Source: Octopus sinensis (lineage: Eukaryota). From it: a DNA stretch of 64,000 nt. A model generated the notes under the pieces. That model worked only from the letters and a program-made list of their open reading frames with translations. It did not search any database and was not told the origin of the DNA. Positions 1 to 12,914 of the stretch are shown in pieces. The stretch covers positions 62,620,001 through 62,684,000 of the forward strand of contig NC_043006.1 in assembly GCF_006345805.1 (NCBI RefSeq), read 5' to 3'. The stretch's first letter is position 1. Every line of letters begins with the position of its first letter. Both the position numbers and the translations under genes were made by a program.

Positions 1-26
1 TACTGACGCTTCTGCTAGCTCGCCGC

Positions 27-61
<35 letters not shown>

Positions 62-94
62 TGTGTGTGTGTGTGTTGTGTGTGTGTGTCTGTG

Positions 95-390
95 TCTGTG
101 TATATTTGTGTCTGTTTATCCCCCACCATTACTTCACAACCAATGCTGGTGTGTTTACGTCCCCGTAAATTAGCGGTTCTACAGAATATATTTTCTTTTA
201 TTTCTTTACACGTTTCAGTCATTCGACTGCGGCCATGCTGGAGCACCACCTTTTGCCGAACAAACTGACCCCAGGACGTAACCATTGTAAGCTTAGTACC
301 TCTTCTCTATGTCTTTTGCTGAACCGCTGAATTTCGGGGACATAATCACACATCGCTTGTCAAGTGATGGTGGCGGGGAGCAACACAAAC
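95..390. mobile_element. Two partial copies (3' halves) of the major tRNA-derived SINE in tail-to-tail orientation (+ ~95-185, - ~200-390)
   Basis: Both match the 3' half of the full-length copy at 18943-19342 (caaccaatgctggtgtgtttacgtccccg...; reverse ttcagtcatt.gactgcggccatgctggagcacc). Confidence 0.8.
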
Positions 391-487
391 ACACACATAA
401 ATATATATGCATACACACACACATAAATATATATGCATACACACACACATATATATATATATATACATACATATATACACATACATA

Positions 488-810
488 GCTCGTGCTTTCT
501 TGCCGATTATAGCTTCCATCACAGTAACTCATTCGAGTTGTTTCTCCGTCAACCACATCATCAGCAGCTTCTCCATATTTTCATGGATAGATGTCCGTTG
601 TCTACAAATTATTTTGTCCCCCTTGGCTGACCTTATAGCTTTATCGACTCCTTCTGCTTCAGTATGCTACAGATCGTAGAAGTGCTACGCTCGTACTACT
701 TCGTCATGTCGACTACACGCGCACCTTGGTAATGTTCTTCGATATTTTTTTTTCTTGAATTCAATGCACATCATTCGCTTGTTCTTCTCAGCAATCACTT
801 ACTTTGGACT
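488..810 (-). mobile_element. Tigger/pogo-like DNA transposase N-terminal relic (CENP-B-type HTH), with stops and frameshifts
   Basis: Minus-strand translation across frameshifts: EKNKRMMCIEFKKKNIEEHYQGARVVDMTK*YERSTSTICSILKQKESIK...TSIHENMEKLLMMWLTEKQLE...EAIIGKKARA. This is the pattern of Tigger transposase DNA-binding domains. Confidence 0.8.
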
Positions 811-861
811 CGTGGTTGGAAAAACGAAGTTTTACAAAATAACTGCAATCATAAATTACAA

Positions 862-1179
862 GCCTTAATTTATCGAACCCGAAAGGATGAAAAGCAAAGT
901 CAACCTCGGCGGAATTTGAACTCAGAACGTAACGGCAGAGGAAATACGTATTTCTTTATTACCCACAAGGGGCTAAACACAGAGGGTACAAACAAGGACA
1001 GACATAGGTATTAAGTCGATTACATCGACCCCAGTGCGTAACTGGTACTTAATTTATCGACCCCGAAAGGATGAAAGGCAAAGTTGACCTCGGCGGAATT
1101 TGAACTCACAACGTAATGGCAGCCGAAATACCGCAAAGCATTTCGCCCGGCGTGCTAACGATTCTGCCAGCTCGCCGCC
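862..1179 (-). mobile_element. tRNA-derived SINE with Meta-like central domain (full copy ~948-1179 plus truncated copy 862-947); a further 5' stub at 1-30
   Basis: The minus strand reads ggcggcgagctggcagaatcgttagc...gagttcaaattcc (A/B-box-like), then tttcatcctttcggggtcgataaattaagtaccag (Meta-SINE core as recalled) and a tail. The segment is internally duplicated at 862-947. Confidence 0.75.
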
Positions 1180-1500
1180 TTGTGTGTCTAAATATCTGCT
1201 AGAGATACACCTCCGCTCACTGTTTAATTTTCCTAAAAAAAGAAGTGTTTTATAATCAATAACGCAAATTCTACCTTCCTCGCTCTGAAATTGCAGCTAT
1301 AATACATCGGTTTGTATTCATTCAAAACTTCGCAACATCGGCAATTTTAAAGTAAAACTGATCGTCCTATTTGCCAGACAAACTTGACCAGCCTATTGTG
1401 CAAGATGAAACGAATCTACAAAATTACAAATGTAAACATTTGTAAAACAATCCGGTATAACAGTAGATTTCTTGAAAATGCAAGTTTAATTTATATTAAG

Positions 1501-1586
1501 AGATCGCTGCTTGAAAGACCTGAATCAATAAATGATAGGATGTATTTGAATCCTGAAGAAAATCAATATTTGTTGAGAAGATGCAG
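1501..1586 (+). CDS. Candidate internal exon of an unidentified gene (RSLLERPESINDRMYLNPEENQYLLRRC..)
   Basis: Acceptor ttatattaag| and donor cag|gtattt; one open frame (phase 0->2). No recognisable homology. Confidence 0.28.
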
Positions 1587-2235
1587 GTATTTTTTTTAGA
1601 TATTAATTTCTAAATTAAGCAAACGCTACTAGTTTTAGATGAATAGCACAATCAATTCTATCGACCCGAATACTTCACTGGTATAATTTTATTGGTGCTT
1701 TAATGATGAATGGAAACGTTGAGATCAGTGGAATTCGAACAGAATATGTAAATCTAATAACAAAATATTAAATTTCCGTTCGTGGATAATACTAAAATAG
1801 TATTAACCAAATGCTGTAAAATCAAAGGAGAAAATGTAGTGGTGTGACAAAAGTTATTACGGTATTTGGTTGTTCGTTTTGAGATTAGATCCTACGAATA
1901 TCAAAGTCAGTCTTTCATCTTTCGGTAGTTAATAAAATACTGCGGTGTAATTGATTACACCTTTACCTCCGAATGTGAGACACTGTGTCTATATATCAAC
2001 TGAAATGCTTGAAGGAGGGTTCAGGATCTTAGTTTAAACCGTTTTAGAGAATACACTACTCTACAAGTGAGAAAGTAGTATGAAAATCAGCACATTATCT
2101 GCTGCAGCCGTGGCCGTGATCCTAGATACAACCATTCTGCGTTACGTCATCAAAACATGTTTCTATGTCACACTGCGTTACCATTATTCTTTTTAATTAA
2201 TTGTTTCTCCTCATTAGATTATCTTTTTGTATTAG

Positions 2236-2312
2236 AGAATTGCTGATATGACCACATTAATGAGTACTTTCCCTCATCAACGTTGGAAGTTGCCCCCGCA
2301 ATATTTGATAAA
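2236..2312 (+). CDS. Candidate internal exon (RIADMTTLMSTFPHQRWKLPPQYLI..)
   Basis: Acceptor ttttgtattag| and donor aa|gtatga. Only phase 0 is open. Phase-compatible with candidates 2048-2066 and 2649-. Confidence 0.28.
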
Positions 2313-3710
2313 GTATGAGAACCGCTTGCTTTCTTTCATAACCGCTAAATAATATCAGTAAATTATGATTATTGATTTTTGCATAACTTCACCATTCTTT
2401 CTACCACCCTACCACTCAAACTACATACCGCAACTATTCTATATGTTTTCCTGAATTTGATCCAATTCGATTCTTTGGACTAGAGAAGAGAACAAACAAA
2501 ATACATTGCTTCCATAGCTTGCCGTCATTCTTGAATACCACTTCAGTTACAAACCGACATTGGTTAACGTTCTGTAGCATCGATAGTAGAAGCTGCAACA
2601 AACATTTGAATCGATTCCCGCGATGATTAAACACACCTCTATTTTCAGGTCACAAGACTTGTCATGTAAAAGAAATATGCCCTACACTTTAAAAACTCCA
2701 TTAAAATGCTCTTGTGGTTGGTTTATTTTAAAAGACAGCAATGGAATCGATACAGAAGTTGATCGATTCTCTTTGCTGCTGATCTGTCGCTAACTTCCGT
2801 TAATTGCTCTTAAAATAGTTATTTAAAACCTATTTCGACGCAGGGTGCCACAATTCGAGAGCGAAGTAACCTTTAGTGATCAAGAATTTTTATTTTCCAG
2901 CACTTCTACTTTAACCTAAATGTATTTAACTATATATGGTGTTGCTCTAGCAAACTAGAGTTTATTATACTGGTGAAATTTCTTTAATATCATCACGTTA
3001 TTTTTCTTCCCTCTCTCCATCCATACTATTTGCACCTCAAGATAAATGGAATGTGTATATGAGTTAAAATACGGTATGATGCAGTTACTTCTTACTAGAA
3101 ATTTATTAAATAACGATAATATTCCACAGTGTTTTCCGAGAAACGCACCTTTACACTGATAGTATCAATAAAATTCGGAGTGAAGGAAAAATCCTGTTAA
3201 AGTTAGGTGTTGTAGCAGTCAGAATTTCTTAGATAAGGAATTGCGATTATTATATGCACTCTTGTCATCATTTTGTGTGATATAGTTCAAACGTTTATAA
3301 AGAGTATGTTTGAGTACACCAGTGTGAATATATCAGAATAAATTAGATTAAGCTGTCATTTTATAAACGCGGTTTGTATATGTAATTTTAGAAATACATG
3401 TTTTAGTACACGATAGTAAGCGTATGGAAGCATATTGCTTGTTTTAAAAGTTACAAAGTTGACCATAGCATTATACAGTACTGTTAAACTCTAAATAAAT
3501 ACCTATGTATTCATTTGAAGTGTGTTCTACAGAAACAGGGTGACCTCTAGTGATAATAATTGTTGGTTTCGGAAACACCCATATTTATTTATTATTTATT
3601 TATTTTTTTTATTTTAAATTTTGACTCTTAATTTTTATAGCTACATCTTACAGGTTTTATGTTACGTATGACTAATCGTAAAACTGTCAATGACTCGTAT
3701 TATATTCCAG

Positions 3711-3765
3711 GTGCAGCTCAATAAATTTCAAGATGATATTTATGATTTGTTAGTCGTGTGTACAA
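3711..3765 (+). CDS. Candidate exon (VQLNKFQDDIYDLLVVCT)
   Basis: Acceptor tatattccag|; single open frame; donor uncertain. Confidence 0.22.
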
Positions 3766-4070
3766 GTAATTTTAAACACAGATAACAAAGTAAGTACTGA
3801 TCTCTGTTTAAGCATCCGTACTACTGTATAATCTGAACTGGAACCAAGAATTCTAAATTAGTCTATGGAAGTGGATAGAGTAGATCTAATTAGGTACAGT
3901 AAATTCGATGCCTACTGATAAAATTTCGCAGTTTTGTAAAGATAATTTATATTTCCCACGCTCTTGTGTTTTCACCTAAAGAGTGATTTGCCTAATTTCT
4001 AGACTCTTGAGTGTCAAGCAATACATTTGCACTTCCCCGAAATTTTGAGATAGAATTGCAAATGTGTGCA

Positions 4071-4109
<39 letters not shown>

Positions 4110-5169
4110 ACGCACGTGGGTGTATGTATGTATTTGTAAGTTTATGTATGTACGTATGCATATATACATAATTGTTTTTATAATTAACTGGACTCATACT
4201 AACAATAAATATTTAATTTACATACAAAGAAACAAAGTTCTGGTTTATGGCTAACGAAACTGACTCGTCCTAAATCTTGAGCATCACAAGAATGTCTTGC
4301 CTATTTTTTATTGTTTCTTTTTATAGATTTAATTTGTGATGTTTATGTTAATTTGTCTCTAAATCCTGATTTGCACAAATCGTTGCTTAAAAATTTACTA
4401 ACATATCCATTTTCTCTAATGACTATGTAGTAAAAATGTAAACTTTTCGTGAAAGCATAGTTTAACCCCCATCTGTCACTTCTTTCTCATCACAGAACGA
4501 TTTAACTGTTTTGCTGGTCAAGGTAGTGATACAAAGTGACGAATTACCGGTCAATGGGAATGAACATGATGCGATTTCTGGTATCCAAATACGAGAAATA
4601 TACACTATATGTACACACAGGCACACACACGCACACATGTGCTCTCACGTACGCACCCACACACGCACAAACACAGAGAAAAGATAAAGAAATGTGAGTA
4701 ATGAGATAAAAAAAAGAGACTGCATTTATGGCTCTGAGTAGCAACACGAAAGTGTAAGAGCAAGAATAAAATAAATAATCAAAATACATAGGCTTTAAGT
4801 CTTTACCGGAAAATATCGCTGTGATATCATGTGCATTTCCCCATTCCAATCCAGTGATTATACAAAAAAATTATGGCATTTCCGCAACCCCAATTTTCAA
4901 TGGTAAAATACTTTCTTAGTTACAAACGTTGCATTACTACGCTTACAACCCGAAATCAATATTTTTTTCTCTTTATATATAAGAAAGTAGAAAATAAACT
5001 CGCGAAGTGTTGTATCTCTGAGCTAGTTTTCTGAAGAAACGTATGTTATTACAATACAAGGTTTCACAAATGTCATGTTTTGTTAGGATTCCCATGGTTT
5101 TCATATTTAAAATTAAAAACACTTTGAGCAAATTAAACAAATTCTGTTGTTGCCATTGTTGCTGTTTAG

Positions 5170-5234
5170 CGTCATATCAGCTATGATCGAGCTCGTTTTG
5201 AGCAGAGTTATACAAGTCATGAAGATGACATTTG
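5170..5234 (+). CDS. Candidate exon (RHISYDRARFEQSYTSHEDDI..)
   Basis: Pyrimidine-rich acceptor ttgttgctgtttag| and donor ttg|gtaatt; open frame with protein-like composition. Confidence 0.28.
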
Positions 5235-8027
5235 GTAATTCAATGTCGTTTCAAGGTAGAATGTTATCTGTGAGAGATTTGGCTGGTATTTCTAGCAAGA
5301 TGAGCGACCAAGATGAGGCTCTCTTTATCCCATAAAATGGTGCATGTTTTACACTCATTCGATAATGAGATTCATTATTTCATATCATACTGTCTTCTGT
5401 TTATATCATGTTCACGTTATCCTGCATTTCAGTAACTAGCGCGTTACAAAAGCTACCTTAAAAGCTACATATACGTTTTAATCAAACTATAAGCTCTATT
5501 GGTTTCAGAAGAATAGTTTCAGAAAGTGTCGCATATAACTACTCATGATTTCCTCTCGCATAGGTTTTACAAAATTATTTATCCACAGGACACTAATTAA
5601 TGATATTTAGTGCGTTGTAATGTTTTGATGTGAATAATAGATTACCCCGTGCAATATTTTGATGGTGTTTTCTTTTCTGCTTTTAGCTCGTTTATCTTGG
5701 TCACTAGGGAATACTTAAACACAGTGCTCAATCAGTTAGGCTTTTCATCATTGCATATTTATGGCCCATATCTGTTTGAACGCTCTCCGTTAATCTAACT
5801 GGTTTATAGCCATTTAATTATTAATTAATTACTGTATCAAAGCCGTTTCCTTCAAACCGTATTTATTCCTGGCACAATATTCCATGTTTGATGATAGCGA
5901 AAGAATAGACATGATATCAATTGGGAATCTTCAGAAAAAACCTTTACAGTCTATCTCATCATTCATTTGAGGAATCTAACTCTTGTCTACTCAATTTCTT
6001 CACCTTCTCTATGTAAATATCTACGCATATCTCTCTACCTACTTATCTACCTACCTACCTACCTACCTACCTATCACTCTACCTACGAATATAATTTCAG
6101 GCATGTATTGGTCGAAATTAACCAAAATACATTGTTTAAAACACTAATCAATATAACCTGTACAGCTACATCTTTGACAATAACACATATCTATTAAACG
6201 AATAAGAGAACCTCTACATGCTCAACCGATTAGCTAGACGTAGGAGCCATGTATCCCTCGAATAACAATCTACAGTCTTCAATAAAAGAAGAATTCAATT
6301 GCTAAGAAACGGTATGGTTAAGGTAGGAATTCCTTTGAACATTACTCTTGATGAATCTAAGTCAATGTGTTACTCGGCTCGTCTAACGTAGAATGTATTT
6401 AATGTTGTAGGGAGGCAGTATTTCCTCAGCTGAAAATGATAGCTGTTCCATTCATAGAAAAAATCATATAATAATTTCAAATGAATATGACTAGGTATGT
6501 GTATGTATTATATATGTATAGACACATACACACACGCACAAACACATACACGCACGCGCGTGTAGGTTAGTTAAAATATCTTAAATTCCCCTTTATAGTA
6601 AAATATGTAAATTCTCTCTTACGGTAAAATGTGTAAAAATACTGTAAACTGAGCAGAGCTTCCACCTCGTCGCATTCCCAGACACAGCACTTCTAGATCT
6701 TTAGCCGTCATCAATGGGAAATACTGTTGTCCAAGTGGCGCTATTAAACCGCAAATTCGGGAGAAATTCAGCAAAACCAGCGCAAAGCATCATTTAAGCA
6801 TAAGCGAAAGTTAGGTTAGTTAAAATATGTTTGTGACTTATTTCAACTTGTAAAAGCAAATTCATGGCAGTTACCGTGGAGAAAAAAAAATTCTTTCTGA
6901 AGGTAAGAGAGGTAAAAACACAATATTTGCCCAGTGTTTACCTTTGTTGGACTACCAGACACGGCATTTCTAGCTCTGTAGCCGTGATCAAATTGAAAGC
7001 TGGGTTGAACCACAAAACTTTCCTGGTCCTAGTTCTACTAGCGTTCGTTTTGCATTTATATGTCTGTATATGTATGTGGTCTGCGCACATCTATCTGCGT
7101 ATTTTGATGTATACCTGCATATTGATGGTTTAGTATGAGTATATACTATTGTGAAATATTTTAATATATTTTAATATATTTTAATTTCAATTTCTATGTA
7201 TTAATTATATTAATCGAATTATATTTTCTGCACAATTAATGACAATATGTATTTGAATCAAATCTTCGATTGAAGGGTTTCTTTCCTCGATTTTTATAAT
7301 TTTATACTGAATTCATTTATTTTGTTTTGTTTATTTTTGTTTATCGCTCGCATATAACCGTTATTTGAAAGAACCAATCAAACAAATCCACTTTTAAAGG
7401 TGTATTGTTTAAGCTAGTTTGGATCGAATTGGCATCTCGGGTTCCATTTTAACAAAACTGTGTGACGAACGGGAACGTGAAACTCCGAGTAACAGCTTTT
7501 GTTAAATTTCTGCCGCTTTTAAATAACGTATATACAAACACACACACACACACACACATACACACACACACACATACACACACACATACACACATATATA
7601 TATGTATTTAGGGAGAGGTGGGGAAAGATATAGAAAAATACGTGACAGGTGTTTTTATACGGTTAATGGCTGGAATGGGGTGGTGAAAGAGGAGCCAGAA
7701 CTTCTGAAATATGCATATATACCCATTACTTTTTTTGTATTTTCGATCGTTAATAAAAAGGCGTAAGTTTCAGAGTGGGCTCTAATGTCTAAAGAAAATT
7801 GGCACAGATAACTTTCAAAAGTGATTGAATCGCACTGATAAGATGCTAAGGTGCAGTATTGGCCTGTAATGCGTTTAATATATTTATATTATAGTTGCGT
7901 ATCAAAATACTGTGTACTTACCCGGAATTTGCACACACACACACACACGTGTATTTCTGCCTGTGTTTGTGTGCATGCACATATATATGTATGCAATTGC
8001 TATACAGGTACTCATGTGTGTGTGTGT

Positions 8028-8074
<47 letters not shown>

Positions 8075-8094
8075 AAGGGATAGAGAGAGAGAGG

Positions 8095-8120
8095 TAGATA
8101 GATAGATGGATAGATAGATT

Positions 8121-8205
<85 letters not shown>
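8095..8205. repeat. (GATA)n microsatellite
   Basis: Seen directly. Confidence 0.97.
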
Positions 8206-8206
<1 letters not shown>

Positions 8207-9668
8207 AAACTGTAGTTACAACCGATTCACAAGTGAAAGTACATTGGTATACCTTCTTCACATTCTCTTATGTTTTATAAATCTTTCTGAGCGTATGCGT
8301 GTATACGAGTAGTAATAGTAGTACAAGGAGGAGGAGGAGGAGAAGGATAAAGAGCAGGAGGATAATTTGATCATACTGCTGCTTTAATTACTTTGCTATT
8401 ATTGCCTTGCTTAAATTAACCTTTAACAGATGAGCGATATTTGTCTTCCAGTTACTCATTTTACTCTATCCGCATATTTTTGTTTACTTATACTTAAAAT
8501 CACTTTTTGAAAAAATTCTCCCTCTTGAAATAACCAACAAAAGTAATCACAACAACTTTTGCTCATCGAAGCGGGCGAAGACAAACGGTTGTATAGGACT
8601 AATCAATTTGCCATACATACAAATATCGTTAAATACGAAGTTTTACATTTAAATAGAATGGTGATTTTGTATTAATTTTGGTAAGAAAATCATTAAATAT
8701 AGTTTGAATCATTATTACCTCAAGTAACCTAACTACTTATTACGCGAATTCCTATATAACAAATGTGATTTATAAAATAACTTATAAATAATATGTAAAT
8801 AGTTTAATAAGTAATGTTTTCTCTCTTTTCAAAACATTTGTTACTTTGTTCAAGTGACAAGGGGATGTTTTGTTTTATACCGCATATAATTTATGGGAAG
8901 AGAAATATTAGGTTCAAGGATTTTGAGTCAATTCATAACGTAATGAGAAAGTGAACTAAAAATAAGGGAAACTGTGGAAAGAAAAAGAGAAAGAAAAGTT
9001 TTGGTGTGTAATTAATCATTTGTATATTTCGTTTCATGTCACTGATTTTATTAAACTGTCAACGATTACGTTTCTTTCTGTGATTACATAACGAAAGATT
9101 AATGATCGAAAGTGGATGAGAGCGAAGAATACTTAAAAGGAAAATATATGTAAAATATAGAATAGGAGCGATAGGGAAATACACATATGGGGCATAAAAT
9201 AAAACACACATGTTGAGGTAAAATACAATAGAAGTTAGAAGTATTTTACCTTTCGAGCATACGCTCATCTACAGAAAGTATAGACGAGGACAGAAAAATG
9301 GAAAAAGAACAGAACAAACGTATCTCAATTGCTGTTACTGCATGCTCTAATAACTGGAAGCGGAAGAGGGCCCTGGAGGCGTGAGTGGCAAGGGAGAGAA
9401 CATAGGTATGTTTGTGCAAAGACGTATTTTTGAGGCTAATGTACGCGTGTTTCTCTGTATGTTCTGTTATTGATTAGGTTTAAATCAGCACAAGGATACC
9501 TGTGTAAGGCTGTCTAGAGAATGTGTGTATATTTGTCTATATGTTTACCATGTTTTTGTGTTTTATGTTCTCGTTTCTCGATGTTTTCACGTTTGTTGAC
9601 GTCTTGTAACCATATATGCATGTATATATACATATGTATGTAGGTATGTACATATATGTATGTATATA

Positions 9669-9719
<51 letters not shown>

Positions 9720-9882
9720 GTTATCGCCATACTAATATGGCATTCTTATAAAAATAAGAATAAAGCTGTCCGCTTATTAGCTCCATGAGGCCATCGCCTT
9801 AAGTTAGCTATTTGATACACAAACTGTATCCATATAACCTTCGAACAAGGGAGGTCAGTCGCTCCACACTACTTGACCGGCA

Positions 9883-9924
9883 GCTACAGACGCGTTTCGG
9901 GGTATTGCCCCTTTTCAGTGTAGC
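9883..9924 (-). ncRNA. Minimal type I hammerhead ribozyme motif with a variant core (probably inactive), within a short Penelope-pLTR/retrozyme-like element (~9716-10025)
   Basis: Minus strand: gcuaca-CUGAAAA-GGGG caaua CCCC-GAAAC GC GUC-uguagc. Stem I has 6 perfect bp, stem II 4 bp, stem III is palindromic, and the cleavage triplet is GUC. Core position 8 is A instead of the consensus G. Confidence 0.7.
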
Positions 9925-10053
9925 GTAGCCAGACCAGTAGGTGTCGCTTCTGACAATCTCTGTTCGAAGGTTTTATTTACCTAGGTTCGGTGGAATACAT
10001 CCACTTGTTTTCAATAATAGAAATTTAGAGAGACATAATAATTTTCATATTTC

Positions 10054-10112
<59 letters not shown>

Positions 10113-10689
10113 GATCGAGCACCACGCATCCATTTCCAAGTAACTGTTATCTTAATAATTCCGATGCGCTTTCTACAAACTATCTCTATTCTATCTCCCC
10201 TCACTCTTCCTCCTTGACTCTCCCGTTGCTCACACCTGACCAACGGGTATCTGTCTTTATTTCTTCCACTTTATTCTTAAATACAAGACGTGCTTTTGCG
10301 TTTCTCTTCTCAAAGCTCGATTCTCCAGCGTTCACACTTCACCTCTTTATGGCTTAACAGCCCTTACCGTTTGTTCTCAGTCCTGTTTTTGTCACCACTT
10401 TAATCCACCGCAAATCCCAAATTTTTCTTTAATTTGCTTCGTGGGAACGACTGCTTTAACGAAGTCGGGTCTTATCCCTACGTTCGAAACGCGGGGTAGA
10501 TGAAACAGGGGCGACTGATGAAGGGTATGTTCTTGATATATATATATAGCATAAACAATTAAGATTCAAGTGAATTCTAATGAATTCAAATGAATATGGT
10601 ACTTAACTTAGATGCACCAGAATTCTTTATGGTATTAACCATAAAATAATGTGGGGTGATTATAACCAAGAAAAAAGCAACAAGAATGG

Positions 10690-11450
10690 ATTAGTAGTTT
10701 AGTACAATTGTTTCATACTAAGAGCAGTTTTATTTGAAGCTGCAAATATTGCAGCAAATACAAATATCCAGTATTCATCAGCTAAATCACATATATGTTT
10801 TCCAGACATCCTAGAGAGTTTGATTATCCTCATGAAGTATTAGGAGTGAGTTCTATGAAATTTAAAGTCAAATTATAAGCAGACTTAAAATGCTTTCTAA
10901 TGATGAACAGTTTTATATAAAGTTTTTAAACAGACTGTTAACTTCCCAGAGAAGGTGAATCCATCCATAAAAATGTAGGTATAATTTCCGGAGACATGAG
11001 GAGAGCTGCTGGTCACACGCCGGTTCATTTCACAACTAAGTTGTTGCAAACAGAATTTGGTTGTAGTAGCAAGAAAAGTCGGCGAAGCAGATTCAGCCCA
11101 AATAAAGGACATAATGGGAGGAAGGGAGTAGAGGAGTAAGAAGACATAAATACACCATAGACAAAGGTTAGTTTATTTCTGTGGTGACAGAAAATCTAGG
11201 TCAGTGTTGAAGGAATCTTAGATTTATAATGGAATATTAAGTTTGACCACCACCTGCCAAGAACTGAGACCCTCACAGAGTTAATGGTAGGATAAAGAAT
11301 ACAGAGAGATCAAAGGAAGACATTAAAGGGGTTATATCATTGGCATAATGATTTGAAAGGGAATCATGCACTTGTGGACATCACAGAATTTACCACAACC
11401 AACCTGAAGCAGCGTGTTACGCCTTCTTGTAGCAGAGAATGGAGATTGCC
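10690..11450 (+). mobile_element. Highly degraded RTE-like LINE relic
   Basis: Fragments resembling RTE RT (FPDILESLIILMKY) and the RTE C-terminus (VDITEFTTTNLKQRVTPSCSREWR), with many stops. Confidence 0.35.
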
Positions 11451-12399
11451 TTTGTATATACTCATTCTCTTAGGAGATCGATACATTAAAGTACCAACCA
11501 ATTCTTTCAGTCGATATTATCGAGTGTATCTCGTCTCCCATACACCTAATCAATAATTAAGCACGTGTACTGATGATTAATAATGATTATAGATAGCTCA
11601 TTTAGTAAAAGAATGTTCTGATTTCATTACAATATTCTTTATAATTAGTGTCCGTAATATATTCAGATAATCATCTCAATCGACAGTAGATCTGTTACAA
11701 ATTTCATTCTTATATGCTAGCGTAATAAGTCTTTCTGAATTAGACTCATAATTTTGCAAGTCTTGGGAATATTATTCCTGATTATTAGGCTTCGGGCTAC
11801 GATGTTCACTGTTATAATTGTGCAATTCTCCTGTGACTATAACGTATATTTTCTTTCGCTTTAATGTTACAAAATGAGTGCACATATTTAATATACATGT
11901 GTTGCGTGTGTGTGTGCGTGTATGGCTGAATATATTTACTATATAAATGTGAGTGTATGAGTGTGTGTATATGAGTATGTCATAGAAATGCTCTGAGAAA
12001 TCCTAGAGAGAAAATGATTTGATTTTCAAGCTTTGCATACTAAGGAGGGGCTTTTTAGTAATTAGTAACCTAAAATTATAATTTTCTACGAGAAATAATT
12101 CAAATTCCAGATCGCCAAAATTGAATTCCTTTAGAAGCCGCCATCTTAAACTCATGACTAACTAAGTTTGTTGTGTGTGGGTGGATGGATGGGTTTGACG
12201 TCGGTATATCTAGCTCACGCTATCTGTTTACCTCTCTCTCACTCTCACTCTATCTCTGAATATGTATGTCTCTCAAACTGAGAGTGTATGCGTGTCAGTG
12301 TGTCGGTGTATGTGTATGCATGTGTGTAAGCAATTTTATTAGGGAGACAAAGTCAAAAATCTCCCACAAAGCAGTACAATTCCAAGCATAGATGGAAAA

Positions 12400-12790
12400 C
12401 CCATAATAGCCTCCGTCGTACAAACTCAGGAAACAATGTCAAATTTCAAATAAAAAAAACCCTCAATTTTCAGTGAGTCTTAATTTTGCCATGGCCATCA
12501 ACAAACCGCAAGGGAAAACATTTTCGGTTGCCGGTCTACACCTTGAAGAGCCCTGCTTCCAACGATCAGCTACATTTTCAGAGCAGGAAATAAGGAAAAT
12601 TTCTACATCTATGCACTAAATGGAAAAACAAATCTTCGTTTGACAAGACATTATAAATTGCCCCAAATAATGCAGGAATTCGTCCAGATCAAGAGTCCTT
12701 TCCGTTGGGAAAGACATGGAATGAAACAAGAAGTTGAAATAAAGACATTCTATAGTAAAAATTGTACTGCAACGACGGACTACTGAGCTA
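12400..12790 (+). mobile_element. Helitron 3' relic (PIF1-like helicase C-terminus plus degenerate 3' end)
   Basis: QFSVSLNFAMAINKPQGKTFSVAGLHLEEPCF...RAGNKENFYIYALNGKT matches the Helitron motif QFPVRLAFAMTINKSQG..L.VAGL.LE.PCF. It ends at gcaacgacggactactgagctaa, a decayed hairpin/CTAG-like terminus. Confidence 0.8.
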
Positions 12791-12833
12791 ATATATTATG
12801 TGCGTGTGTGTGAATGTGAGGTATGTGTGTATG

Positions 12834-12914
<81 letters not shown>

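Noticed and set aside
796-841. Minus-strand exon with a gtaagt donor
   Set aside because: It falls in the 5' part of the Tigger transposase relic.
2434-2634. 66-aa minus-strand ORF with protein-like composition
   Set aside because: No recognisable homology and weak splice context; it conflicts with equally weak plus-strand candidates nearby.
10480-10530. GAAAC...CTGATGA as a second hammerhead
   Set aside because: Stems I and II cannot be formed in type I, II or III topology in this copy, and there is no UH triplet in position. At most it is a decayed PLE-like UTR.
10806-10974. Two phase-compatible plus-strand exon candidates (HPREFDYPHEVLG / TVNFPEKVNPSIK)
   Set aside because: They lie inside what appears to be a degraded RTE relic, so the splice-like signals are probably coincidental.
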